Shown in pieces: positions 18,337-32,550 of a DNA stretch of 64,000 nucleotides; the first letter of the stretch is position 1; each line of letters begins with the position of its first letter. The stretch is from the human T2T-CHM13v2.0 reference genome, Homo sapiens, in NCBI RefSeq assembly GCF_009914755.1, contig NC_060948.1. One strand, 5' to 3'. Both the position numbers and the translations under genes were made by a program. The notes under the pieces were generated by a model. It saw only the letters and a list, made by a program, of their open reading frames with translations, was not told the DNA's origin and did no database searches.

Positions 18337-20732
18337 AAATAGCCTTTTCAGCAAATACCCAGTGAAGACACAAATATATATATTACACACACACACACAC
18401 ACAATTATATATATATATGAAGAAACCACATTTGTTAACAAATGACTAAAATTGTCATGCCTGAACCCTCCATTATTGAACATCACCTCTCCATACCCCT
18501 TGATCTCTTTAATTTTGTGATGCTATACCACCTCCATAATTTCACCCATGAATAATAGATTCCAAGCCCATCACTTTCTGTTTCTTTCTCTTTTCTTTTG
18601 CAAACACTTTTCCTTTACACGAGGGACCTTTGGTTACCTTCTTAAAATGTGATTATCTAGAAAATTTACAGAATGTGAAATTAATGCCTATTTGATAAAA
18701 AATATTTAATATATAAAGCAATGCCTACAGATATGTATATATATCACATAGTTGTTATACAGATTAAATGAAATAACTGATTTAAAATCACATAGAGCAA
18801 TTCAAATACTACACCAAGTGGAAATTATCCTTTTTGATGAATTTAGGACTTATTTATTATGATAATCTGGTACTTGTTGACAAAGTACAGTAAAATAATT
18901 ATTAGATACTGAAACAAGCAATATTACATTCACCCTGAGGCAATAGAAGAATGTGTGATGATAGACAAACGTTATATTTTTGCCATGAAGAATGTGTCTC
19001 TTGCTTGATTATTCTGTAAAGCCATGTTTCAAATGTTCCCTAAATCATATATCAAAAATCCAGAAAAATTAATATAGAAGAGAAACCTTTAGAATTTGTC
19101 TTATTAAGTGCTATTTGAGCTTGATTATTATCAGATTTTGAAACCCTGTTAGAGAACACCACACTAACTGTTGTTGGAATGATAGAATGAATCAGCAAAC
19201 AATAAATAATTTGGAGAAGGAAGCAGCATTGATGGAATCCACTTCTCAGAGAAGTTTAGACCCAAATGTGAAAAATTAGACATGTACAATAAGTACAGTA
19301 AGCAAGCTGTTTGTGGAATAAAATTTAACAAACCAGTTATATAATTACTGTGCCTTATTAAATTTTTTATTTTGACATCTCAAGTTTCAGAATACACAGG
19401 AAATAATTACATAAAATTGGACAGCCAATGCCCTTGCCCGCCTCTGCTTGCTGTGGTCAGTTCCTCTGAAAATACTAGGTTTATCGGTTGCTCCAATTTG
19501 TCTTTCTCCCAGTGTGGTTACTTTTATTGCAATGTTCTAGATTCCTGTCAACCTCAAGAACTACCTTATTGTTTACCCAGGCTGTGAAAGAAGCTTTGCT
19601 TGTATTTGAGACCAAGAACACAACAGTAGTGACCACCTAACATATTATGGCTGTTAAATGGTGTATTTTTGACTTAATGAAACATTGAAATAATTGGAAT
19701 GATGAGATTTAAGTGGAGTTAGGATAATGGGCAGCAGATAGATATTTCTTATCTTCATGTAATACTTAAATTTGTACTATTGTAGAAATTGTACAAAAAT
19801 TGTAGCATATAAACCATTCACTCATGTGTTTGTTGTTGTAGCATATGATCCAGTAATTCACATAGAATTCATTTAAATATATTACAAATGAAACCAGCAC
19901 TATAATGCAGAAAAAATTTAAAAAATATCAAGGAAATTATGCCTTGAAATTCTTCTGACAAAGCATTTGAACATTAATTGTGTGGTTTGAAATTTCTAGA
20001 ATTGCGTATAGTAGATGCCTAGCTCCCTTACCTACTCAGAGATGATAAAATGAACTTCCATTTTTGCTTTATATATCTTTAAATTTTCAGAGATGCTTAT
20101 TTTATTTCTGCTTTTGCTTTCTCTAATTGTCATTATTGTGTCCCTCTAAATACAACTATTGCTTACCCAACCGTGATGTCTTGCTGATAAAGGGCATCAC
20201 TTAAATAGCATGGGCACTACTGGAACTTGTCAAAAATTTTAGTTCTTTATATCTTCTTTTGTGTTGTTTCCTTTATCAATTTCCAAACTAACATTAATCT
20301 ATAGTAGGAGTGGGTTGTAGGAGAAGGGCAAAGAAATTTAAGGTTACCTTGTCACATTTTTCATGAGACAGAAAAATTAGAATGTAATTTACATACATTA
20401 AGATACGTATGTAGGCATATTTTCCCTGGATATCTGAGTTAAATGTGCCATGCTTCCATAAGACTAAGCAGTGATTATTTATATCCATATTTAGTAGCTA
20501 AATTTCTGTACTGTTCATTCAAAGAATTAAACTCAGCATTTTCAAAGAAAACTTAATAAATTTTAAAGATAATAAATTTTCAAGTGGCAAATGTGAGAGT
20601 TGAAATCAAAATCTGGAGATTGAGGTTACTTAAACATGCATGTTCACATCCTGGTAGAAGCAGAGATGAGTTCATTATACAGTAATTGAACACTGAATTA
20701 AAGACATACTAGAATATATTATCAAATATAAA

Positions 20733-20818
20733 CTCTGTTTTGTTCACTGATGTACCTTCAGTGTCTAGAACTGTGCTTGACATATAAAAATTGCTTAATA
20801 AGTATTTGTTGAATAAGT
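20733..20818 (+). mobile_element. L2 3' end relic
   Basis: 'tgttttgttcactgatgta..gtgtctagaactgtgcttgaca..aataagtatttgttgaata'. Confidence 0.7.
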
Positions 20819-21017
20819 GGCTAAACCTCCATGAGTTCATTTCATCTCAAACTCTTTATTAACTAGAGGGTGAATATTCCTTCTAGGTTGGCAACATATA
20901 TATTCACTTAAGCTTTAGAAATGGTATTTTTTCTCAATATTTCTTCCCTGTTTTTAAAACCACTGAATGAATTTCCGGTTATGAAACACATTTTAAAATG
21001 TTTTATATGATGATGGT

Positions 21018-21612
21018 ATTGTGGAAGACAGTGTGGCAATTCCTCAAGGATCTAGAACTAGAAATACCATTTGACCCAGCCATCCCATTACTGGGTATAT
21101 ACCCAAAGGATTATAAATCATGCTGCTATAAAGACACACGCACATGTATGTTTATTGTGGCACTATTCACAATAGCAAAGACTTGGAACCAACCCAAATG
21201 TCCATCAATGATAGACTGGATTAAGAAAATGTGGCACATATACACTGTGGAATACTATGCAGCCATAAAAAAGGATGAGTTCATGTCCTTTTTAAGGACA
21301 AGGATGAAGCTGGAAACCATCATTCTCAGCAAACTATTGCAAGGACAGAAAACCAAACACCACATGTTCTCACTCATAGGTGGGAATTGAACAATGAGAA
21401 CACTTGGACACAGGGTGGGGAACATCACACATCGGGGCCTGTTGTGGGGTGGGAGGAGGGGGGAAGGGTAGCATTAGGAGATATACCTAATGTTAAATGA
21501 CGAGTTAATGGGTGCAGCACACCAACATGGCACATGTATACATATGTAACAAACCTGCATGTTGTGCACATGTACCCTAGAACTTAAAGTATAATTAAAA
21601 AAATTAAAAATA
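21018..21612 (+). mobile_element. 5'-truncated L1PA4-6-like 3' end, sense orientation
   Basis: ORF2 C-terminus (..TKHHMFSLIGGN), G-rich 3'UTR, aacttaaagtataa then A-rich tail. Confidence 0.93.
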
Positions 21613-21797
21613 AAGATAGAGTAGAACAGATTTAGAATGGATTGAGGGAGGGTGACTTCTTGGAACTAGATCACTCTATTAATTATTTATGTTGTGTAGA
21701 GATATTGCGACATGCATGCAATGCTTTTATTTCTTTATTTTGCTTTATTTTGTTTTTCATTTTGGGCGGTTATCCCAGGAATTCAAGGTGGTTTTAT

Positions 21798-22052
21798 CTT
21801 TTTTTTTTTTTTAATTTAACTTTTATTCTGAGTTCAGGGGTACAAGTGTAGGTTTATGTAAGTAAACCTGTGTCATGGGGGTTTGTTGTACAGATTATTT
21901 CGTCACCCAGGTATTAAGCCTAGTACCCATTAATTTTTCCTGATCCTCTCCCTCCTCCCATCTTCCAACCTCCAATAGGCCCCAGTGTGTGTTGTTCCCC
22001 TGTATATGTCCATGAGTTCTCATCATTTAGCTCCCACTTATAAGTCAGAATA
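21798..22052 (-). mobile_element. L1PA13-16-like 3'UTR fragment
   Basis: T-run then 'ttttattctgagttcaggggtaca..catttagctcccacttataag'. Confidence 0.85.
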
Positions 22053-24353
22053 TCCTGCAATGTTTTTAAAAACAGTCTGTAGTATTCTTCTGCCAGTTGT
22101 AATAATGTGTAATACCTAAGGGTAAGATAAGAATAGAGCGATAATTTTAATTCCAATTGTCACTGCCCCATTTTTATTTCTGCTTATGTTTGCATGACAT
22201 TTATAAAATCACATAAGCATCCAAAACGTCTTAGATATGCTAGATTCACAGCATATAGAACACATATATGTGTGCATATTAGCTGGTAGTATCAATGGGG
22301 TATTTTTAATCTCACCTTCATAACAGAGTATAAAACCAAAAATTCACAAGACTGAATTTTGAGCGAGTTTTTATATTATGTAATCCCAATGCACATCATT
22401 GTACAAATGATGCTAAAAATACTATACCACAGGCAACAGTGTTTTTATGTTGTTTACTAGGATAAATAATGTCTTCACCTCTAGCATTACTCACTATCAT
22501 AACTAACATATTTTATATATGATACCAACTGCTTAACATAGGAAAGTCATTGAATTCATAATATATATTTTTAAAATGTTGTGATAAAAATTAATGAGAT
22601 ATTTTAAGTCTACTGCTGACCTAAACTATCTTGATTGTTGCAACAGATGCATTTATTTGATTATTGATTGTAAATAGAAAGATTTCTTTTTTTCCAATTT
22701 TGTGTATTCCAACATTGGCATATGCATATTTTAAAAAATGCAGATGTGCAGCTATGCAATGGGACAGTTATTTCATATAACACATTGCTTGGCATAACCA
22801 GAGCACAATATCCATAACAAGTTATTTATATCATATGTAGTCCTCCTGTTTTTAGAACAATTACTAAAACTTGTTGATGTTATCGATTACCAATAAATAT
22901 TGAGAAATTCCTTAATTGGTTACCTATATGCATTAATACATTTCTGGAATGGAATTTTAAATAACCACCTGAACACTGAGTTTTCAAAACTGCTAAATAC
23001 CTTAATAGTTGCATTAACCTTCATTTAATTATAAAAGTATGACATCTGATAGGCTTTAGCTCAGTGTGATACAAATTTAATTTTGTTTATATAATATATC
23101 ATCTACAAGTACTATCCAGAAGAAGCACATTAGAATGTTTAATTATACTAGAGATTAAAAGATATTTAATATATAAACTTGAGAATAAATAAAATAGAGA
23201 ATAAGAATTGAGAATTATGAAAGGAAACTGAAGGTAAAATTTGCAGATTTTAAGAAAATCAAAATCCCTCATTGAATTTTGTCAGAAGAGTTCAAGAACT
23301 GAAATAATTTTAAAGCTTTCAGTGAGTGAAAAATAATAGGGAGAAGTAGCAAGAGAGATTGATTTTTGACTCACTTTCAACTCGGTACTGTTTTTAAATG
23401 CCTTTCTTATTTTCAAGCCCTTCTCAAGCTGTTCCTTGAAGTTGTATAATTCCTGTTAGTCTATAGATGTGAAAACCCATTTTTATATGAACTACCTTCT
23501 GCGTTCTATAAACATAAATTCTCAGGGTTGGGATGTCTTCTAGTCTAACTCTCCCATTGAATGTTTGGACGTCATCTACCAAATCCGTGTATCTAAAGCA
23601 AATATAGTAGATCTAATCTGGTGGTCCAGTACCTCCAAAGATATGGAATACACTCCTGAAATATCCTGAAACCTTTTTTTTTTCAGAATCCTTTAATAAG
23701 CAGTTATGTCAATCTGAAAGTTGCTTACTTGTACTTTATATTAATAGCTATTCTTGTTTTTCTTATCCAAAGAAAAATCCTCTAATCCCCTTTTCACATG
23801 ATAGTTGTTACCATGTTTAGGCGTTAGTCACATCAACCCCTCTCCTCTCCCAAACTTCTCTTCTTCAAATCAAACTTTATTAGTCCCTCCTTTATAATGA
23901 TTCCTTGCCTCCTTTTATCCAGATCAATTTTTTTTCACTTTGATGCCCAGAGCTGAAGAAATGGACTATTGTATAAATTATTCATTGCCAAGAGAATAAT
24001 TGCATTTTAAACCCATGTTATAACAAAGAATAATGATTATATTTTGTGATTTGTAACAAATACCCTTTATTTTCCCTTAACTATTGAATTAAATATTTTA
24101 ATTATTTGTATTCTCTTTAACTATCTTGGTATATTAAAGTATTATCTTTTATATATTTATCAATGGTGGACACTTTTATAGGTACTCTGTGTCATTTTTG
24201 ATACTGTAGGTATCTTATTTCATTTATCTTTATTCTTAATGTACGAATTCATAATATTTGATTCAGAACAGATTTATCACTAATTAACAGAGTGTCAATT
24301 ATGCTAACATCTCATTTACTGATTTTAATTTAAAACAGTTTTTGTTAACATGC

Positions 24354-24418
24354 ATGTTTAGGGTTGGCTTCTTAATAATTTCTTCTTCCTCTTCTCTCTC
24401 TCCTCTTCTTTTGGTCAG
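24354..24418 (+). CDS. PCDH11Y: Alternative N-terminus [21 protein letters not shown] of PCDH11Y isoforms with a 5'-extended exon
   Basis: ATG at 24354 is in frame with the cadherin ORF (ORF track 24342..25052) and matches the recalled PCDH11Y long-isoform N-terminus. Confidence 0.85.
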
Positions 24419-24989
24419 TGTTGTGCGGGTTAATACAACAAACTGTCACAAGTGTTTGTTGTCCGGGACGTACATTTTCGCGGTCCTGCTAGTATGCGTG
24501 GTGTTCCACTCTGGCGCCCAGGAGAAAAACTACACCATCCGAGAAGAAATTCCAGAAAACGTCCTGATAGGCAACTTGTTGAAAGACCTTAACTTGTCGC
24601 TGATTCCAAACAAGTCCTTGACAACTACTATGCAGTTCAAGCTAGTGTACAAGACCGGAGATGTGCCACTGATTCGAATTGAAGAGGATACTGGTGAGAT
24701 CTTCACTACCGGCGCTCGCATTGATCGTGAGAAATTATGTGCTGGTATCCCAAGGGATGAGCATTGCTTTTATGAAGTGGAGGTTGCCATTTTGCCGGAT
24801 GAAATATTTAGACTGGTTAAGATACGTTTTCTGATAGAAGATATAAATGATAATGCACCATTGTTCCCAGCAACAGTTATCAACATATCAATTCCAGAGA
24901 ACTCGGCTATAAACTCTAAATATACTCTCCCAGCGGCTGTTGATCCTGACGTAGGCATAAACGGAGTTCAAAACTACGAACTAATTAAG
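24419..24989 (+). CDS. PCDH11Y: PCDH11Y exon encoding hydrophobic signal-like segment, cadherin repeat EC1 and start of EC2
   Basis: Acceptor tcttcttttggtcag| (24417-24418) and donor AAG|gtgcgt (24990). Translation has cadherin motifs PEN, IDRE, C-x8-C ([10 protein letters not shown]), EDINDNAP and AVDPD. LLVCVV, EEIPEN, IGNLL and TTTMQ match my recollection of the Y copy (X: LLACVV, EEMPEN, IGDLL, TTAMQ). Confidence 0.95.
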
Positions 24990-26244
24990 GTGCGTTTTAA
25001 AATCACTTTGTTAAAGATATCATCTCATTTTTTAAAGAGTAAAATAAAATGATATTAATGTATTTCAAATTTTGAGTAAGCCATCACCCCAATTTTTCAA
25101 AATTTATGTAATTTAAAGCATAGTGGAGAAAATTCATCAATGCAGTTTTTGCAATTACATGTGGATTATGAATTTTCATGGTATGTATATTCATTTTCAA
25201 ACAGTTGTGTTTCCATTAATCTATAAAGGGATCAGACAAGGAGGTTAGCCCTGCTACTTACAAATCAGTAGTTTGCCCAGCTTCATTCTTTTAATCTGTC
25301 CAGTCATGCTTCTGCCAAAAACTTGATATAAGCAAATCATTAAGAATGAATCCATAAATCTGATTATCAATTTTTCCTAGTGATTACTTTAGATACACAA
25401 ATTTTATCTTGCCATTTGATATGGTGCCAAATAAATCTATTTGAGAGGTGACTAGAACAATTTAATTTATTACTAGCATTTCTGAACATATATAGATAAA
25501 TATTTTTCATGAGGATTTCAAGGTAAGGCAAGGTCTTTAGCATATCCTGAATCATCAAATTGAGATTAAATTTTAGTCAATGTTCTGTTAATGTTAAATA
25601 TTTTCTTTTTTTACAATTATTTGAAAACAGAGTGTTCATTTGTTGTAAAGGGTAAGTAAGCCTTTTAACAAAAAAGAGTCAATCAGTTAATTTGAATAAC
25701 CTATTCTGGCTTGATTTGGGTCTTAGGATGGAGAAGTTAGAGAGAAGAATAGATAGAATATTTGGTATTCTTCAAAATATGTGCAGAGGGGGCACATTTA
25801 TCAAGTTAATGATCAATTCTTTTAAATTACTTATATGTTATAAAGAGAAATAGATAACTCAGATTTGGGTATGTGAAATAGTACAATGCACTTGAATGAT
25901 CTTGGAAAATATATGTTAATGAAATAACTAATGTGCATGTTTCAGATAGATATGTTCAGGGGATTTTCACACTTTTATAAATATTCTGCCAAACTATGAT
26001 CTATATAATAACTAGTGTTAAAAATATGCCCCAAAACATATAAATAAGACATTCTGATATATATCATCTGAAGGTTTTGACCTGGAGGATATATAATATG
26101 GGAAAATTTCTCAACTAATGCTGATCTATTGTAAAGATATATTTATTTATAAATTCATTCAGGAATGGAAGGCTACAAACCTCTTGAGCAAATTTCGGTG
26201 AAATGCAGATATGTTTGAGTATATGAAGTGAAAACAGAAAGAGA

Positions 26245-26345
26245 AGGATTTGGAAAACAGGGAACTCTTGAATACTGTTGGTGGGAATGTAAATTAGTAC
26301 AACCACTAAGGAGAACAGTTTTGAGGTTCCTCAAAAAAACTAACA
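26245..26345 (+). mobile_element. L1M ORF2 3' fragment
   Basis: 'gggaactcttgaatactgttggtgggaatgtaaattagtacaacc..gaggttcctcaaaaaaactaa'. Confidence 0.75.
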
Positions 26346-26424
26346 TTTAGATGATTTTTAAGTGAGCACTTTGGGGTGAAGTTCCTGCAATGACATCTCC
26401 TTATCTGATGAAATGGAAAAATAT

Positions 26425-26590
26425 TCAGGAGTCAGATAGATATGGATCACAGTTTTATGCTTACCTCTTACCAGACATGCTACTTTCAGCTTAATCTTTT
26501 TGACCTTTAATTTCTTCAGTCATAATATGAGGATGATAATATCACAGGGGCAGAATTGGGAAGAATAAGCACTTAGTATGGAGTAGACAT
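26425..26590 (+). mobile_element. MIR relic
   Basis: 'ggagtcagataga..tttcttcagtcataatatgaggatgataat..agcacttagt'. Confidence 0.5.
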
Positions 26591-26705
26591 ACCTGCATAG
26601 AAGATTTTTGAACATGCTTTAAAACATTTAAGTACTTATAGAAATGTGAGGCTTATCACTTGACATAATAAATTGAGTAACAGAGTGGACAGTCTCTCTC
26701 TAAAG

Positions 26706-26899
26706 CAACACTTCACAACAGAATTTTCTGCAAGGACGGTAATCTGTGTGAGAACAATGCAGTAGCCACCAGTCACACGTTGCTGTAGAGTCCTTGAAAG
26801 TACTTAGTAGCTAGTGCTACTAAGGAACTAAATTCTTAATTAATTCCATTTTAATTTTAATAGCCACGTGGTTAGTGGCTATCATACTGCACAGCACAG
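26706..26899. mobile_element. MER3 (hAT MITE)
   Basis: acagaattttctgca..gtagccaccagtcaca..tagccacgtggttagtggctatcatactgcacagcacag. Confidence 0.75.
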
Positions 26900-28049
26900 C
26901 CTAAACAAATAAAAAACGTTTATTTGGACAATAAAAATTAATAGATAAAATCAAAATGAGACCTTACCAAGTTTAAATCAGATATTAGCAATAGGGTCTC
27001 TTCAACTGACCATCTTGACAAATGTGTTGTTTTAAAACGTAGTGCTTTATTCAAAGAATAATTTTGTCATGTCTCCCTTAGGGCAGCTTAATGAACTTCC
27101 AAGAAATTTCTGATTTGTCTTGAAAGCTGCTTAACTAATTCAGATAAAACAAATAAGCCTGCTGGCATAATTTTAGCTTTGTTAAAATGTGCTTTCATTT
27201 GACATTCTTTGAAAGATTGTCAGCAAATGACAAAAAGTCTCACTACAGGTTCTTAGATGAGTCTTAGAAATGCTCTAAAATTTCTTTCTGTTTTAGAATG
27301 TGTGATAAGCCTAAAGTAACTATATGATGTGCCTAAAGTACTGAGGCATTTGTATGGCCCCGTGGACAAATACTGTTTTGACTGCTTGTTAAAAATAATG
27401 AGAATGGAACACAAAGCATAGCCCCAGGCATGCAGACAGCCATGACATGGGCGACTTTAACTGAATGCACTTTGACTCGCAAAAAGTCCCTGTCATGAAA
27501 GTGGCATATATGCTATGGGAAAGGAGACTTAAAGAAAAACAGAGAAAAGAAGCATGTGTTGATTCATCCATAAACTTTAGTAAATTTTACAATGTGAAAT
27601 AAGTAGGCCAACCATAATAATTTCTTTTAAAAATCCCTTTGTCCTGCAGAATAGGATGAGAATTTAATTAATATTAATTGGCTCTACTTTTGTTGAATAG
27701 ACAAGAATAGAAAAATCACCGTTTATCCTAACTAGGCTAATATAAAATGTATATGAATAGTTCAAATAGCAAAGGGAGAGAAGGGAGAAATATAGAGAAA
27801 AATTCTAGGAAAAAAGCTCAATTTAAATATTTAAATAGGTCAATTTATACATGAAGGTGTCCTATTTACTATTTGATATTAATTAACTGAAATTAAAGGC
27901 ATTGGTGGAAAATATTTATTAAATGTTTAAAATGTATGTAGTATAAAATTTCATAAGACTTAAAACTTAGAATATTTATTTCTAAAACTAATATATACAT
28001 ATATTAATTTAGCTTACCTTTTGATGACTTTCAGTATACCTTGGCACAA

Positions 28050-28180
28050 ACAGGGAAAGTATTATTTCACATTTTAAATATTTGGAAAATGAGTTTCAGA
28101 GTGATAATGTATTATGCTTATCATCATATGACTGGTAAATGATAGAGGTAGGAACCAGAGTGCAGTTCCTGACTCCTAAT
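28050..28180 (-). mobile_element. MIR relic
   Basis: 'attatttcacattttaaat..ggaaaatgagtttcagag..ggtaaatgatagaggtagga..cctgactcc'. Confidence 0.5.
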
Positions 28181-28271
28181 CAACAGACAGATTGTAGATG
28201 GATAGATAACCTTCAGAGCAGGATCACTGCAAGTTCATGATACAAAACGAAAAGAGTGAAAGAAAGAAAAA

Positions 28272-28579
<308 letters not shown>

Positions 28580-31500
28580 GGGAAAAAGTGGGGGAATGAA
28601 GTGATTACCAAGTAATTCTGCTTGTTTAAAATATAAGTAAAAATAAAACTTATTTATGTGACTTTGATGCGATTAATTTTCAACTTTTTAATGGATCATG
28701 TTACTCTTTAAAGAAAAAAAATCATCTATAAGAGTTCTTGATGTTATTAATAGTTGCCACTTAAAAAAGAATCCAGATTTGAAAGCTTCTCTTTTCTCTC
28801 TTTCAAGTAAAATCATACTGCAATGCTAATTCCCTATATACATTATAGCTATTTACATACTCACACACATCGTACTACACATTGCAGTATTTGGAAGAAC
28901 TGTTGTTCAGGAGTAGGAAATCACAGATCTCTTTAACTTTCACTTTTTAATTCAGATGGCCTGTTATTTATAAAGCTTTTTAAAATATTGTAAGTATTTT
29001 TTGACAGGGAAGCCAACATTTTCACAAATAGAAACATCCCTCAAGCACCCAGTCTGACTCAGAATATGTATATAAACCACAGGGACTTCCTTCTTTTCTC
29101 ATGGTAGGAACTCAGGGGAAATTAGTTTATATAATGATGTTACGGTTATTTTTATTTTCTGCTTCAAATTTCCATCTTCCGTGGCATATATCAACAGTCA
29201 CATTTCTGTACTAGCCCAGTGACAGTGTGCTGATTGATTTCCTTAAGGCAGGCATGACAGTGTTTCAAAGGTTGACAATTTTTGTTGACAGAACATGAAG
29301 ATCAACTTTTTCTCAGATTAGTGATCCTACTCAAGGCCTTCCCTTGTTTCTACCCATCCCATAAGGCATCCTCATCTGTTCCATGAATCTCAAAAGATCA
29401 TTTAAACTGGGGTAGTCTTTTAACATAGTCAAGATGTTTGGGCCCTTGTTTTTATTTTAAGTAAACATCTTCCCCATTGATCAAAAGCTGGACTGGATTT
29501 ATGAAACTAAGGTTAGAATTAGATTTGTTTTGCGATCTGGGGTTAGAAAATCTAAATTGTGAAAAATCTCACCTACCACAAGATTTAGAAATCTTGATTT
29601 AAAATTGCCAAGAATGAGACATCAAATAATACATTGTGAAGACAAAGAGCAAGCAAACTTTGTTGTTCTGAAGAAATTAATATTTTTTAACATTATGTAA
29701 CCATAACTCAAAGTGATGTGTAACATTAGAAGTGAGTAAAGATTCATTGATGTCAGTGCAGAGAGAATATACTATAACAATGAGTATAACAATTTTAGAA
29801 AACTTACTTAGTTTATTTGCCTCCAAGAGGCTCAGAAGAGTTTGAATATAATGATTTCCTCATTTTTTCAAATATAAAATGAAGTTTCACTTAAAATTTC
29901 TCCATTTCAGCTTTAAGTTTACTTGATTTTATAGTCTCTGAATTCTATAATTTGCATATTAATATTTTTGATCTAATGTTAAAAAGCAAAAGAGATGACA
30001 ATCAAATGCTAACGACTATGAGGTTTCTGAAAGCTGGGGTTATTATCAAAGTACACTTCCACTGGGGAAAAAATGACAACATAAAACTCACTGTCTTCAT
30101 AAATGAATCTTTATTAATGCTGTCAGGTCTTAACAAATGAGAGTGTGACACTAATAGGATTAAGTAACTTTTGACTTCATTACTATTATCAGAGTCTTGG
30201 TTAGTGTTCATCGTCCACTAATGCCTTTTGTTAAATATATCTGTTATTAAAAATCCCACAGTATGGATGGACACTTATGGAACATAAGTTGGACATCGTA
30301 AATAGTTCAATTCTGGAGTTTATAAATTGAGGCTCTGAAGAACAAATGTGTTCCCAAATCTGAATGATCTACTCACATCATGCCTCTTAACTTAATATTA
30401 CCAACTAACTATAAGAAGCACCACTAAATTTTATGTTATTAGATACAGATTTATTGATCTGTTATTTCATTGTCCACTGTATCTAAGTAAAAATAAATTT
30501 GAACTTAATATTATTCTTGCCAAAGGAAATGACTTAAATCCTAAAATAAAAACATATTTTTATAAGACAAAATTAATTGGTATAGAATTATTTAATGAAA
30601 ACATGAGGTTGTATTACACAGATCTAATTGTCTTTAACAACTTTGATCAATGCTAATAATCTAAGATTATAAATATCCCAATGTGGGTAGTTTTCTTGGC
30701 ATAAATTATTCTTTTTGTCTACACTGATTTATATTGATTATATAACAACACTGCTGTGGAGACACTCTCTTAGTGAACTGAAGTGTGATCTTTCAATCTT
30801 AGATAAAATAAATTGATGGATTGGTAAGATTTCTGTATCAGAGGTGATGACACCTTGTATGAGAAGTGATGATAAAAGCAATAAGGTCATTCTGCAGAAA
30901 ACTTTCTGAGTTTGTTTGAGTTTTATCTATAAAATAATGTATCTATCTTCATGATTTTACCAGGGTATGAGTTTGGACCAGTTTTTGATGGAATTGGTCT
31001 TTAGCAAAAACTATAAAGTGCAGATGAAAACTAATTCTCACTTAAAAATCAAATACTGAAGAAATTAATATTCTCCCTTTTGTATTTATCAGTGTACAGT
31101 CATCTTCACAAAACTAATCAAGAATGAATAAATAATCTAGTAGCCTAATAGACCAAATAAATTGCTTTGACCACAAATTAAATTTTAGCCGATTGTTATT
31201 CAAGTGTCTTTCAATTTCCCAGTGCAGGTAGATGTCACTGGAGGAAGGAAAATATTGAGTCTAAGTTAATTAAATAACGCAGAACTTAATTTTCTTAATT
31301 ATTTTTGAAATGTCCTTTTTTCATTGGTCTTTTGCTTGCACAAATTATATCTTCACCAATCTATTCTACAAATAGGTAATAAAGTGTTTTATCCATAAAA
31401 TGTTAAATATCTATTACTAGAGCACTAAGGGCATCAAAATAGAATACATGTGGACACACACGTTTTAGCAATTAAAACTATAAAAATATCGCTAGTTATC

Positions 31501-32123
31501 TATTTTGTATTTCCTTTGAAATAGAAGAGGTACTTCTAGGTGAACAATCATAAGAAACCTATTGCTTATTATTTATACATTGGAAGAGTATTTAGTGGTA
31601 GCATGTTTTAATTGCTGCATGCACATATCTCTATACTTGCTGGTAAACTGAGGAAAGTAGTATAACGTCATATATAGGAAACATATTTTAAAAGACATAT
31701 TTTGCAAAGTAAGTGTGAATTTTGTTTCATTAAGCAAAACAAAGGATTTTAAAAGTTGAAAATCATAAAATGAAGTTTTGGATTTTCTAACCTAATTTAC
31801 ATTTGTCTTTGCGATCTCACTTAATCTGGAATTTTATTTTATGTAGAGTATTATCATGAATATTTCTCATCCTTTTACTTATTTTATATATAGAATTTCA
31901 TTATTTTAAGCTTCTTCAATACAATGAAGTGAAATTCTAAAGAATGAAAGGCTGTTCTATTAAATTTTGTCTAGATGTAACAATAACTGACTGCTAACTA
32001 ATATCTTAGTCTAATTCCAGTAATCTAAATTTAACACATATTTAATGAGTGCTCAATGTACAAAGTCTTGAGGGATAAAAAATGTGTTTGGAAAACAGTC
32101 AGTGTCCCCAAGGAGATTAATAA

Positions 32124-32550
<427 letters not shown>

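Noticed and set aside
24342-25052. PCDH11X assignment, or a standalone 236-aa gene
   Set aside because: No MDLLSG start and Y-type residues favour PCDH11Y. The ORF is one exon plus intron read-through, and the TTG start at 24342 is an ORF-finder artefact.
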